This document shows, one piece after another, positions 1 to 12,080 of a DNA stretch of 64,000 bases (its first letter is position 1; the number at the start of each line of letters is the position of its first letter). The notes under the pieces were generated by a model. It ran no database searches. It was not told the origin of the DNA and worked only from the letters and a program-made list of their open reading frames with translations. The position numbers and the translations under genes are program-made. The stretch comes from an uncultured delta proteobacterium (GTDB lineage Bacteria > Desulfobacterota > Desulfobacteria > Desulfobacterales > UBA2156), in contig CAVTQK010000015.1 in the NCBI GenBank assembly GCA_963736855.1, forward strand, positions 192,001-256,000, written 5' to 3'.

Positions 1-2234
<2,234 letters not shown>

Positions 2235-2372
2235 CTATATACTTGAATTTGATATTTTTGTAAACCTTTAAAAAATGGTCCGGAATTCCGATCCGGAAAT
2301 GACGAAATGTTTGTCCGGCAACTCCTAATTCATCGGAGCAGCAACCTGTGCCCGGAATCGATACGGCATGGT

Positions 2373-3789
2373 TTAATCCCCACCCCCACCCAATGCCGCG
2401 TAGAGCCTCACTTGATTGGCCAGTTTGATCAGACGGAGTGTGATAAGCCCCTGCCGCGCCGCATTGAGTGAACGCTGGGCATCCAGGACGCTCAAATAAT
2501 TGTCGATCCCTTTGGTGTAACGTATATCAGAGAGCCGGTAGGTTCTCTCAGAGGCAGCTGCCAGGGATTCTTGTGAAGATACCTGTTGGTCGATGGTGCC
2601 TTGTACGGCAAGGGTGTCGGCTACTTCTCTGAAGGCGGTTTGAATTGCTTTTTCGTATTGAACCAAGGCGATTTCCTTTTCGGCTTTGCTGGCATCCAGC
2701 GCTGACCAAAGTCGGGCATCGAAGATGGGCATGAGGATCTGCGGCACAAAACTCCAGGCTCCCGAGCCGGATTGGAAAAGACCGGAAAGCTCGCTGCTGG
2801 CTGTGCCGACAGAAGTTGTCAGTGAAATTCGGGGAAAAAGAGCAGCTCTGGCTGCGCCGATATTGGCGTTGGAGGCCTTGAGAAGATTTTCTGCGGCCAG
2901 GATGTCAGGCCGGCGCAGGAGCACTTCTGAGGAGATGCCGGCTGAAACCGCTTCGGGAGGCTTGACATCAGCCAATGCCTTTGGAAAGAACTCGCTTTGT
3001 CGTCAAGGACGGATAACCGATCAAAAGGTTCAATGCGTTTTCATCCTGTGCCGTCAACTGCGTGAAACGGGCGATGTCTCCGCGGGCGGTATCCATTTGC
3101 GTTTGGACTCGGGCCAGGTCCAATTCGGTGGCGAGTCCCAGTTCATAACGCCGCTTAATCAAATCATAGGCGGTCTTCTGCGTTTCGAAGGTTTTTTCCG
3201 TCAGCATGAGTTTTTCCCGATCCGCAGCCAAGGTGAGATATGCGTTGGCAACCTCCGATATCAGCAGAATCTGTGCGCTGCGACGGGCCTGCTCCGTGGC
3301 CAGGTATTCTTCCAGGGCCCGGTCTTTTAATATGCGGATGCGGCCAAAGAAGTCGATTTCCCATGATGCGATGGCGAGGTTGACATCGTATCGTTCCGTG
3401 GTCTTCGCATTTCCGTCAGATGAAAGATCGGCGGGAACCCGTTGCAGGTTACCGCCGGCTCCTGCATTGACGGCCGGGAAGAGCTCGGCGCGTTTGATGC
3501 CGTAAATGGCCCTGGCCCGTTCTACATTCAAAGCGGCCAGCCGCAGATTGCGGTTGTTTTCCAGGGCGGTCTCGATGATTTTTTTAAGCTTCTCGTCGGA
3601 GAAGAATTCCCGCCATTGTAAGTCCGGAGGATCCGGTATGCTTGTTGTTCCCCGGCTTTCCGGGTAAGCGTTGCCGCTTGGAAAGCCCGCAGGGACCGGA
3701 GCTGTCGGCCGGGTGTATTCAGGTGCCATGGTGCATCCGTCCAAGATGAGGATGCTCCCCATCAGCAGAAAAAACAAATGCTTGTTCAT
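2373..3789 (-). pseudogene. RND outer-membrane factor lipoprotein (OprM/NodT family), split by a +1 frameshift near 2990-3000
   Basis: ORF 2968-3789 carries the lipobox LDGC, WREFF and WEIDFFGR. ORF 2373-2975 carries LLRRPDILAAE, NANIGAARAALFPRISLT and LYAALGGG. Removing one base in ACAAAGC joins the two halves. May be a sequencing error. Confidence 0.85.
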
Positions 3790-3790
3790 G

Positions 3791-6700
3791 TTATGGATTC
3801 CCGGATGGTTTTACCTCAATGTTTTTCACTACTTGTTGCCGGTGTTGTTTGCCGAAAGTCTTTTCAATCAACACATAAAAGAGCGGCGCGAACAGGGTCA
3901 CCAGGAAGGTTGAGGTTACTACTCCTCCCAGCACCGCTGTGCCGATGGCTTTTTGCGCTCCTGCCCCCGCTCCGCTCGCCAGCGCCAGCGGTAAAACTCC
4001 GAATCCGAAGGCAAGCGAGGTCATGATAATGGGACGCAGCCTGAGTTTCGCTCCTTCCAGCGTCGCCTCGATCAATCCCATCCCTTCTTCCACCCGGGCC
4101 TTGGCAAACTGGACGATCAGAATGGCGTTCTTGGTGGTCAGGCCGAGTGTAGTCAAGAGCCCGATCTGGAAATAAACGTCATTGGGCAATCCCCTGAGCG
4201 TTGAGGCGATCACGCCGCCGATGACTCCCAGAGGCAGAGCCAGGAGGATCGAAATGGGAATGGGCCAACTCTCATACAGGGCTGCCAGGCAGAGGAAAAT
4301 CACCAGAATCGAGAATGCATATAGGGGGGCCATCTGGGCGCCGGCCTGCCGCTCCTGAAAGGAGAGCCCGGTCCAGTCAAAGCCGATTCCCTGCGGCAGC
4401 TGTCTCACGAATCCTTCCATGGCCGCCATGGCCTCGCCGGAACTCCTTCCCGGCGCCGCTTCACCCAGAAGGTTCATTGAAGGAAAGCCATTGAAGCGCT
4501 CCAGCTTCGGAGAGCCGGTACTCCAGTGTCCGGATGCAAAAGATGGGAAGGGTACCATCTTTCCCGTGTTGTTGCGTACATAGAGTTTCTTCAGATCCTC
4601 GGGAAGCATACGGTAGGGGGCGTCCGCCTGAACGAATACCCGTTTGACCCGTCCACCTTGAATAAAGTCGTTCACATATGCGCTGCCAAAGGCCGCGGAG
4701 ATTGTATTATGGATGGAGGTGATGGGCAGCCCCAGTGCACCGGCTTTTTCCCAATCCACGTCGATCCGGTATTGAGGCACATCTTCCAGGCCGTTGGGCC
4801 GAACCTTTGTCAATACAGGGTCCTTTGCCGCCATTCCGAGGAGCTGGTTGCGGGCCTCCATCAGCTTGATATGGCCCAGGCCGCCTCGATCCAGCAACTG
4901 AAAATCAAAACCCTTAGACACTCCCAGTTCGATGACCGCTGGCGGTGGAAATGCAAACACCATCGCGTTGCGGATTTTGGAAAACTCCCTCATGGCTCTT
5001 CCTGCCACCGCACCAGCCTTCAGCTCCGGTCGGTTGCGGATGTCCCAGTCCTTGAGCTTGACAAATGCCAGGCCAGCGTTCTGTCCTCTGCCGGAAAAGC
5101 TCGAGCCGGAAATTGTCATGATGCCTTCCGCCGCGTCTTTCTCTGTTTCCAGAAAATACTCTTTGACCCGCCTCATGATCGCTTTGGTCTGTTCCAACGT
5201 CGAGTTGGCCGGAAGCATCGCCTGAACCATGAGCATACCTTGATCTTCATCCGGGAGATAGGCTGTTGGCATCCGCTTGAAGAGCAATACCATCCCCGCC
5301 ACAATTATAATAAATACCACTATGTAGCGTAGTTTTTTGGATAAGGAATGTCCCACGAGCTGCAGATACTGTTCCCTTGATCGAAAAAAGATGCGGTCAA
5401 ACCAACGGAAGAAGGTTCGGAGGAACCAGACACCGCCTTCCGCCGGTACGTGCCCCTTGGGCACCGGCTTGAGAAACAGGGCGCACAGCACCGGCGTCAG
5501 GATCAGGGCCACAACAACGGAAAGGAGCATGGATGAGATGATGGTTACTGAAAACTGACGATAGATGACCCCTGTTGACCCCCCAAAAAATGCCATAGGG
5601 CCAAAGACCGCCGAGAGCACTAACCCAATACCGATCAAGGCGCTGGTGATCTGGTCCATGGACTTGGCGGTAGCCTCTCGAGGCGGAAGACCCTCCTCTC
5701 TCATGATCCGCTCCACGTTTTCCACGACCACAATAGCATCGTCCACCAGCAGACCGATGGCCAGCACCATGGCAAACATCGTCAGCATGTTGATCGAAAA
5801 CCTGAAAAGTCCTAAGATCGCAAAAGTGCCCAGGATTACTACCGGGACTGCGATAGTCGGGATCAGGGTGGCTCGCATGTTCCCCATGAACAAATACATC
5901 ACCAGGAAGACCAGCAGGATCGCCTCGAAAAGAGTTTTCACGACTTCATTGATGGCGACCCGGACAAAAGGGGTGGTGTCGTAAGGGTAAATGACTTTCA
6001 TACCTTTAGGAAAAAAATGGCTCATTTCTTCCATCTTGGTCTTGACGTTGTCGGCCGTTTCCAGGGCGTTGGCTCCGGCCGCCTGACGAATGGCCATCCC
6101 GGAGGAGGGTTTATCTTTGTAAAAGGATTCAGAATCATAGGCCTCGGTCCCCAATTGTGTCCATCCCACATCCTTGACCCGCACGATTGATCCGTCCGGA
6201 TTGGTTCGCAGAGGAATGGCGGCAAATTCTTCAGGCGTTTTCAGCAGGCTTTGAACGATGATGGCGGCATTCATGCGCTGTCCTTCGACTGCCGGAGCGC
6301 CGCCGAACTGTCCGGCAGAGACCTCAACATTGTAAGCCCGAAGTGCCGTTATTACATCTTGAACCGTCATCCGGTAATCGGTCAACCTTTCGGGGTTCAA
6401 CCAGATTCGCATGGCGTATTGGCCGCCGAAGATCTCCACCTCGCCCACTCCCGGTACCCGCGAAAGCACCTTCTCCAGGTTAGACTGGGCGTAATCCCGC
6501 AAGTCATTCCCGTCCATGCTTCCGTCCTCCGAAATCAGTCCTATGATCATCAGCCAGTTGCGGGTGCTTTTACTGACTTTAACACCTGAATTCTGAACGA
6601 CTTCCGGCAGGTTGGCCATGGCGAGTTGGAGCTTGTTCTGCACCTGGGCCCAGGCTAAATCAGGATCGGTCCCAGGGGTAAAGGTCAGCTCCACGCGGGA

Positions 6701-6964
6701 AGAACCGGAAGAATCGCTGGTCGCCGACAAATAGAGCATCTTGTCGAACCCGGTCATCTTCTGTTCGATAATCTGCGTCACGCTGTTTTCCACCGTTTCC
6801 GCCGAGGCTCCAGGATAAGATGCGGTAATGGCGATGGACGGGGGGGCGATGGGAGGATACTGGGATATGGGTAGATTGTAGATCGCCAAAGCACCTGCCA
6901 CCATTAGGATAATAGCGATTACCCAGGCAAATACCGGGCGGTCCAGGAAGAATCTCGATAACAT
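3791..6964 (-). CDS. RND efflux permease, HAE1 family (AcrB/MexB-like)
   Basis: 1057 aa; MLSRFFLDRPVFAWVIAI, GLLVDDAIVVVENVER, KNAILIV, RLRPIIMTSLAF. Confidence 0.97.
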   Translation of the reverse strand: MLSRFFLDRPVFAWVIAIILMVAGALAIYNLPISQYPPIAPPSIAITASYPGASAETVENSVTQIIEQKMTGFDKMLYLSATSDSSGSSRVELTFTPGTDPDLAWAQVQNKLQLAMANLPEVVQNSGVKVSKSTRNWLMIIGLISEDGSMDGNDLRDYAQSNLEKVLSRVPGVGEVEIFGGQYAMRIWLNPERLTDYRMTVQDVITALRAYNVEVSAGQFGGAPAVEGQRMNAAIIVQSLLKTPEEFAAIPLRTNPDGSIVRVKDVGWTQLGTEAYDSESFYKDKPSSGMAIRQAAGANALETADNVKTKMEEMSHFFPKGMKVIYPYDTTPFVRVAINEVVKTLFEAILLVFLVMYLFMGNMRATLIPTIAVPVVILGTFAILGLFRFSINMLTMFAMVLAIGLLVDDAIVVVENVERIMREEGLPPREATAKSMDQITSALIGIGLVLSAVFGPMAFFGGSTGVIYRQFSVTIISSMLLSVVVALILTPVLCALFLKPVPKGHVPAEGGVWFLRTFFRWFDRIFFRSREQYLQLVGHSLSKKLRYIVVFIIIVAGMVLLFKRMPTAYLPDEDQGMLMVQAMLPANSTLEQTKAIMRRVKEYFLETEKDAAEGIMTISGSSFSGRGQNAGLAFVKLKDWDIRNRPELKAGAVAGRAMREFSKIRNAMVFAFPPPAVIELGVSKGFDFQLLDRGGLGHIKLMEARNQLLGMAAKDPVLTKVRPNGLEDVPQYRIDVDWEKAGALGLPITSIHNTISAAFGSAYVNDFIQGGRVKRVFVQADAPYRMLPEDLKKLYVRNNTGKMVPFPSFASGHWSTGSPKLERFNGFPSMNLLGEAAPGRSSGEAMAAMEGFVRQLPQGIGFDWTGLSFQERQAGAQMAPLYAFSILVIFLCLAALYESWPIPISILLALPLGVIGGVIASTLRGLPNDVYFQIGLLTTLGLTTKNAILIVQFAKARVEEGMGLIEATLEGAKLRLRPIIMTSLAFGFGVLPLALASGAGAGAQKAIGTAVLGGVVTSTFLVTLFAPLFYVLIEKTFGKQHRQQVVKNIEVKPSGNP

Positions 6965-6976
6965 CGCAAACCTCCG

Positions 6977-8188
6977 TCAGTTCGATGCCGGGGTCGGCTG
7001 GGTCGGTTGACCCGGTTTTACCCCCTGATTCCGACCGTCATCGAAGGGGACCTCTTTCACGGCAGCGCCGGGTCGCACTTTTTGTATACCTTCTACGATT
7101 ACTCGATCTCCTGGAGCAAGACCCGAGGAGATCAGCCATTGATCGCCGATGGCTCGATCCAGCCTAAGGATTCGCTGCTCCACTTTGCCCTCGGAATTCA
7201 CGATCAGGGCCACGGGATTCCCCTTGGGGTCGCGTGAAACCGCCTGCTGAGGAATAAAAATGGCATTCGTATTGACACCTTCCTTCAACACCGCCCTGAC
7301 GAACATGCCCGGAAGGAGAACCCCTTTCGGATTAGGGAATACGGCCCTCATGACGACGGACCCGGTCGTCGGATCTACCGAGATGTCGCGGAATTGAAGC
7401 GTTCCTTCCAAAGGATATTTTGTACCGTCTTCCAGAATGAGTCGCGCCTGGTTCAGGTTCTTTCCGTTGTGATCGAGCCGACCATCCTCCAGGCGGCGTT
7501 TCAACCGCAATAGGTCGGTGGTGGATTGGGTGACATCCACATAAATGGGGTCCAGCTGCTGAACCGTCGCTAAGGCCATGGGCTGATAGGCCGTTACAAT
7601 AGCGCCATCCGTCACAGCGGATTTCCCGATGCGGCCGGAAATCGGAGAAGTGACGCGGGCGTATCGGAGATTGATGCGGGCCGTCTCGACCATCGCTTTC
7701 CAATACTGTATATCAGCCTCGGTTTGTTTTAGGGCGGCGTCCGCATCATCGAAGTCCTGCTGGCTGACCGCCTTGTCTGCCAGGGCTTCTTTGTAACGGG
7801 CGACCCTCAACCGGATCGCAGGCAAATTGGCTTCAGCCCTGCCGAGGGAGGCCTTGGCGCTGTCGATCACAGTCTGGAAGGGCGCGGGATCGATTTGATA
7901 GAGCTCCTGACCGGCCTGGACATCGGAACCTTCCGTGAACAATCGTTTCTGGATGAGGCCATTGACCTGGGGCCGGATTTCCGCGATACGGTAAGCCGAT
8001 GTTCGGCCCGGCAATTCAGTGGTCAGCATAACCTGCTGGGTGGATATTGTAACGACGGCGACTTCCGGGACAAGAGGCGGCGGGGATTGCTTCCGGCGGT
8101 CGCAGCCACCCAGCCAGAGGCTGCAAATCAGGGCCACCCCCAGCGCAGCACATCGGAAAAATCCGTAAACAGTATGGGTCTTTCGCAT
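6977..8188 (-). CDS. RND periplasmic adaptor (AcrA/MexA-like)
   Basis: Lipobox LGGC, ELPGRTSAYRIAEIRPQVNG, SPISGRIG, VDPTTGSV, LLPGMFV. Start set at ATG 8188, which has an RBS. Confidence 0.95.
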   Translation of the reverse strand: MRKTHTVYGFFRCAALGVALICSLWLGGCDRRKQSPPPLVPEVAVVTISTQQVMLTTELPGRTSAYRIAEIRPQVNGLIQKRLFTEGSDVQAGQELYQIDPAPFQTVIDSAKASLGRAEANLPAIRLRVARYKEALADKAVSQQDFDDADAALKQTEADIQYWKAMVETARINLRYARVTSPISGRIGKSAVTDGAIVTAYQPMALATVQQLDPIYVDVTQSTTDLLRLKRRLEDGRLDHNGKNLNQARLILEDGTKYPLEGTLQFRDISVDPTTGSVVMRAVFPNPKGVLLPGMFVRAVLKEGVNTNAIFIPQQAVSRDPKGNPVALIVNSEGKVEQRILRLDRAIGDQWLISSGLAPGDRVIVEGIQKVRPGAAVKEVPFDDGRNQGVKPGQPTQPTPASN

Positions 8189-8250
8189 CAAAAAATCCTC
8201 CTGGTAGCGATGTCGGCCGGCGGATTGCATTCGCCGCGCATAATAAAACC

Positions 8251-8874
8251 TCAATGGTTGACAAGCCCTTCAAGCAAGATATTTAAAATAGTGTCCGGTT
8301 CCTCCGGATACGGATATCGTTGTGGGTCTTCGAGCCAGAGGGAGAGAAAGGCGTTAGTCATGCTGTCGAGAGCGACGGCCAGATGAAAAGGAGCGGCGAT
8401 CCGCCGAAAGTATTTTTGCTGCATCCCATCTTCGAAAACCGAGGCAAGTGACAGTAAAAAGTTCCGATAACGTTCGCGGATTTCGAGATCCAAGCCTGTC
8501 ATGACGTTAAAGCGTGCCCCGCGGGTCTCGGCAAAATAGAGCCGGATGGTCGTCACGTTGCTGCGGAAAATCTCCCCTTTGACTCGAATGAAGGTCCTCA
8601 GCTTGTCGATTTCATCCGCGTTGCCGCCGATTGCCTCTGTGACTGCTTCGTGGAAGCGGTCGGCCTGTTCCAAGATGAGGGCTTTGTAGAGTTCCTCCTT
8701 GTTTCGAAAAAACTTGTAAAGCGTTCCGATGGCGAACTCGGCCTTCGTGGCAATCTCGCGCATGGACACATTATGATACCCTTTTTCCGAAAAAAGCAGC
8801 AGGGTGACGGTGAGAATTTCCTGGCGTTGCCGTAACTTCTCTCGTTCCCGCCGGGGCAGGCTTTGGTTTTCCAT
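8251..8874 (-). CDS. TetR/AcrR family transcriptional regulator
   Basis: N-terminal HTH FSEKGYHNVSMREIATKAEFAIGTLYKFFRNKEELY; first gene of the efflux operon. Confidence 0.92.
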   Translation of the reverse strand: MENQSLPRREREKLRQRQEILTVTLLLFSEKGYHNVSMREIATKAEFAIGTLYKFFRNKEELYKALILEQADRFHEAVTEAIGGNADEIDKLRTFIRVKGEIFRSNVTTIRLYFAETRGARFNVMTGLDLEIRERYRNFLLSLASVFEDGMQQKYFRRIAAPFHLAVALDSMTNAFLSLWLEDPQRYPYPEEPDTILNILLEGLVNH

Positions 8875-9025
8875 CAAATGGCATCCCTTAAGAATGCAAT
8901 TATAAAATATGAAGGATGCGTCACTATATTACCCGGTGTTCTTTGTCAAGAAATATCAACAGCAAAACACAATTCATCCTCGCGCTTGATCCGCACATAA
9001 AAAAGCGACTTCTATTAAAAAAAGC

Positions 9026-9075
9026 TTGACAAGCGTGTTCGGTTAATTTAAATAGGATAAAAATCATCCTATTTA
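9026..9075 (+). promoter_or_regulatory. sigma70-type promoter overlapped by a perfect 10-bp inverted repeat (putative Rrf2 operator)
   Basis: TTGACA at 9026-9031; TAAATAGGAT-N7-ATCCTATTTA at 9049-9075 covers the -10/+1 region. Confidence 0.7.
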
Positions 9076-9094
9076 TCCTGTTTTGGAGTTTCTG

Positions 9095-9595
9095 ATGCGC
9101 CTAACCCGTGCCGGTGAATACGCGGTGCGCTGTGTCCTGTACCTGTCCTCATGTTCCGCGCAAGAGGTGGTGAGCCGGAAGGCCATCGCCGAAGCAATGG
9201 ACATCCCGGATCAGTTCTTGGGCAAGATCGCCCAGCAGCTGGCGCGCTCAGGGATTGTCGAAATCGTGCAAGGTGCGAAAGGCGGGTTTCGGCTGCTCCG
9301 TTCCCCCGAAGCCCTGAGCCTTCTGGAGGTCGTGGAAGCGACGATCGGAGAGATCTTCCTGAATGACTGCCTGATGAATCCGGGGAGCTGCATGAGGAGC
9401 CAGGCTTGCGCGGTCAACAAGATCTGGGAAAAGGCGAGGAATCAGCTCCGAGAGACTCTCGGGAATGCGACCTTCAAGAGCCTACTGGACTCACAAAGCT
9501 GCATGAGCCCTTCTCTTCCTGCCCGTGCGAAGGGGAAGGATGTGGGCCGGAGGAAAAGAAGTAAAAAGGTTTCACCTTCAGCAAAAGGAGGATAA
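9095..9595 (+). CDS. Rrf2 family transcriptional regulator with three C-terminal Cys (Fe-S binding type)
   Basis: MRLTRAGEYAVRCVLYL, GAKGGFRL, DCLMNPGSCMRSQAC. Confidence 0.92.
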   Translation: MRLTRAGEYAVRCVLYLSSCSAQEVVSRKAIAEAMDIPDQFLGKIAQQLARSGIVEIVQGAKGGFRLLRSPEALSLLEVVEATIGEIFLNDCLMNPGSCMRSQACAVNKIWEKARNQLRETLGNATFKSLLDSQSCMSPSLPARAKGKDVGRRKRSKKVSPSAKGG

Positions 9596-9598
9596 GCC

Positions 9599-10915
9599 AT
9601 GGACCCCTTGTTTCTTTCAAGGCTGCAGTTTGCAGCGGCAACCATGTTCCATTTCCTGTTCGTGCCCCTCACCCTGGGCCTTTCCATCATGGTCGCTGTG
9701 ATGGAAACCCGTTACGCGCGCACCGGGGACGAGACGTACCTGAGGATGACCCGGTTCTGGGGAAAGCTGTTTTTGATCAACTTCGCCCTGGGAATCGTGA
9801 CCGGCATCACCCTTGAGTTCCAGTTCGGGACGAACTGGTCGAGGTATTCGGCTTTTGTGGGAGACGTGTTCGGATCCCTGCTGGCCATTGAGGCGACGGC
9901 TGCATTTTTCCTGGAGTCCACCCTCATCGGCGTCTGGATTTTCGGGTGGAAAAAGCTCTCAAAGAAAGCTCATGCCACTGTAATGTGGCTCATCGCGGGA
10001 GCCTCGACGCTTTCCGCTGTATGGATTCTCATTGCCAATTCCTGGATGCAGCACCCTGTGGGGTATGTTATCAGAAACGGCAGGGCGGAACTTGAAAGCT
10101 TCACGGCTGTGGTGTTTCAGGGGTGGGCGGTCTTGACCTTTGTCCACACGGTGAGCGCCGCCTATATTCTTAGCGCCTTCTTCGTCATGGGCATCAGCGC
10201 CTACCATCTCTTGAAGAAGCAGCACATCGATTTATTCACACGATCCTTTCGCATTGCACTGAGCATCGGCCTCATGTTCTCTCTACTGGAGATCGTGGAA
10301 GGCCATCTCCACGGGGCGGACCTTGCAGAAAAACAGCCTACAAAGCTTGCGGCCATGGAAGCCCACTGGGAAACGACCACCCAGGCTCCAGTTTACATGT
10401 TTGCGATTCCCGATGAAAAGAATGAGCGCAACATGATGGAGATTCTGCCCATCCCCGGGCTTCTGAGTTTTCTGGCAAAGCACGATCCGAAAGCGGAGGT
10501 CAAAGGCCTCAAAGCATTCCCTCCTGCAGACAGACCACCGGTGCTTATCAATTTTATTGCTTTCAAACTCATGATCGCCCTGGGCGTCTATTTTGTCCTG
10601 ATCACCCTTTACGGTTGGATTCGCCGGAACCGCCTCACCGAGAGCCCCGGCCTATTGAAACTCATGGTGCTTTCCATCCCTCTGCCGTACATCGCGGCGG
10701 AAGCCGGGTGGGTTCTGGCCGAAGTGGGGCGCCAGCCTTGGATCGTCTACGGCCTCATGAGAACTTCGGACGCCGCCTCACCAGTTGCAGGATCCCAGGT
10801 CCTGATCAGTCTGGTGGCCTTTGTCCTCGTTTATGGTGTTCTCGGATGCTTGGGCTTCTATCTCATGGCAAAGCATGTGGTGAAAGGGCCTGAGCCTGTT
10901 ACGACTGCTCGGTGA
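9599..10915 (+). CDS. cydA: Cytochrome bd quinol oxidase subunit I
   Basis: LSRLQFA..FHFLFVP, EFQFGTNWS, ANSWMQHP, QPTKLAAMEA, GWVLAEVGRQPW. Confidence 0.97.
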   Translation: MDPLFLSRLQFAAATMFHFLFVPLTLGLSIMVAVMETRYARTGDETYLRMTRFWGKLFLINFALGIVTGITLEFQFGTNWSRYSAFVGDVFGSLLAIEATAAFFLESTLIGVWIFGWKKLSKKAHATVMWLIAGASTLSAVWILIANSWMQHPVGYVIRNGRAELESFTAVVFQGWAVLTFVHTVSAAYILSAFFVMGISAYHLLKKQHIDLFTRSFRIALSIGLMFSLLEIVEGHLHGADLAEKQPTKLAAMEAHWETTTQAPVYMFAIPDEKNERNMMEILPIPGLLSFLAKHDPKAEVKGLKAFPPADRPPVLINFIAFKLMIALGVYFVLITLYGWIRRNRLTESPGLLKLMVLSIPLPYIAAEAGWVLAEVGRQPWIVYGLMRTSDAASPVAGSQVLISLVAFVLVYGVLGCLGFYLMAKHVVKGPEPVTTAR

Positions 10916-10931
10916 TGAAAGGAGGTTCTAA

Positions 10932-11960
10932 ATGATACTTCAAGATGTTTGGTTTTTCCTTTGGGGACTTCTCTGGGCTGTTTATTTTATCAGCGACGGA
11001 TTTGATCTGGGGATCGGGAGCCTGCTCCCCTTCTTAGGGAAGAGCGAAAGCGATCGCAAAGTCATGATCCACGCGATAGGACCCTTGTGGAACGGCAATG
11101 AGGTGTGGCTGCTCACGGCAGGCGGAGTGACCTTTGCGGCTTTTCCGGCCGTCTATGCCGTGATGTTCAGTTCCTTGTACTCGGCCCTGATGCTCCTTCT
11201 TTTTGCGCTCATCATCCGGGGGGTCTCCTTTGAGTTTCGAAGCAAAGTGGAGAGTCTGGGATGGCGCAAGTTTTGGGACATTTGCCTATTCATCGGAAGC
11301 TTGGCCCCTGCAGTGCTGCTGGGCGTGGCCTTTGCCAACATTTTTCGCGGAATTCCCTTCGATCAGAACGGTATCTACCATGGCACCCTCCTCACCCTGC
11401 TGAACCCTTACGGTTTATTGGGAGGAATCCTTTTTCTCTGCCTTTTCCTGGTCCACGGCTCCCTGTGGCTGTCCATCAAAGCGGATGGAGATCTCCATGA
11501 AAGGGTTGTGAACGCAGCGCACAAGCTGTGGGTCGCATTGCTGTTTGTGGCTGTGCTGTTCCTCATTGCCACGAAGTTTGCGACCCCTCTCTACAACAAC
11601 TACATCGCTCATCCGATCCTCTTCGTTGTTGTACTGGTCACCGTGGCAGCGCTCCTGGCTACCAAGGTCTTCCTCAAAATCGGGGCCCTGTGGAAAGCAT
11701 GGTTCTCGTCAGCTCTCACCATCATTGGAGCGACCTTTTTCGGAATCATCGGGCTCTATCCGAACCTGTTTCCCTCCAGCCTAAACAGCCAGTACAGCCT
11801 CACGGCCCACAATGCTTCGTCGAGTCCGCTCACGCTCAAAATAATGTTCATCGTGGCGCTGATCTTTGTTCCCATTGTTCTGGCCTATCAAGTCTGGGCA
11901 TACCATCTCTTCACAGGGAAGGTCACTTCAGAAGATCTGGCCTATGAGGAGGGAGAGTGA
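10932..11960 (+). CDS. cydB: Cytochrome bd quinol oxidase subunit II
   Basis: DGFDLGIG, GPLWNGNEVWL, RGVSFEFR; directly follows cydA. Confidence 0.97.
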   Translation: MILQDVWFFLWGLLWAVYFISDGFDLGIGSLLPFLGKSESDRKVMIHAIGPLWNGNEVWLLTAGGVTFAAFPAVYAVMFSSLYSALMLLLFALIIRGVSFEFRSKVESLGWRKFWDICLFIGSLAPAVLLGVAFANIFRGIPFDQNGIYHGTLLTLLNPYGLLGGILFLCLFLVHGSLWLSIKADGDLHERVVNAAHKLWVALLFVAVLFLIATKFATPLYNNYIAHPILFVVVLVTVAALLATKVFLKIGALWKAWFSSALTIIGATFFGIIGLYPNLFPSSLNSQYSLTAHNASSSPLTLKIMFIVALIFVPIVLAYQVWAYHLFTGKVTSEDLAYEEGE

Positions 11961-11961
11961 G

Positions 11962-12072
11962 TGATGTAGGTTGAAAATAATGGACTCCGAAGTTTACAAT
12001 GATTGATAGACGGAGGTGTCAGTATGGAAAAATTACCATACAGCAAATACAGTAAAGAGTTTCGTAAAGAGA
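11962..12072 (+). mobile_element. IS3-family left-end remnant (IRL plus the first ~16 codons of OrfA)
   Basis: TGATGTAGGTTGAAAATAATGGACTCC resembles IS3-type IRs. GGAGG RBS, then ATG 12024 MEKLPYSKYSKEFRKE, a typical OrfA start, truncated. Confidence 0.6.
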
Positions 12073-12080
12073 AAAGAGTC

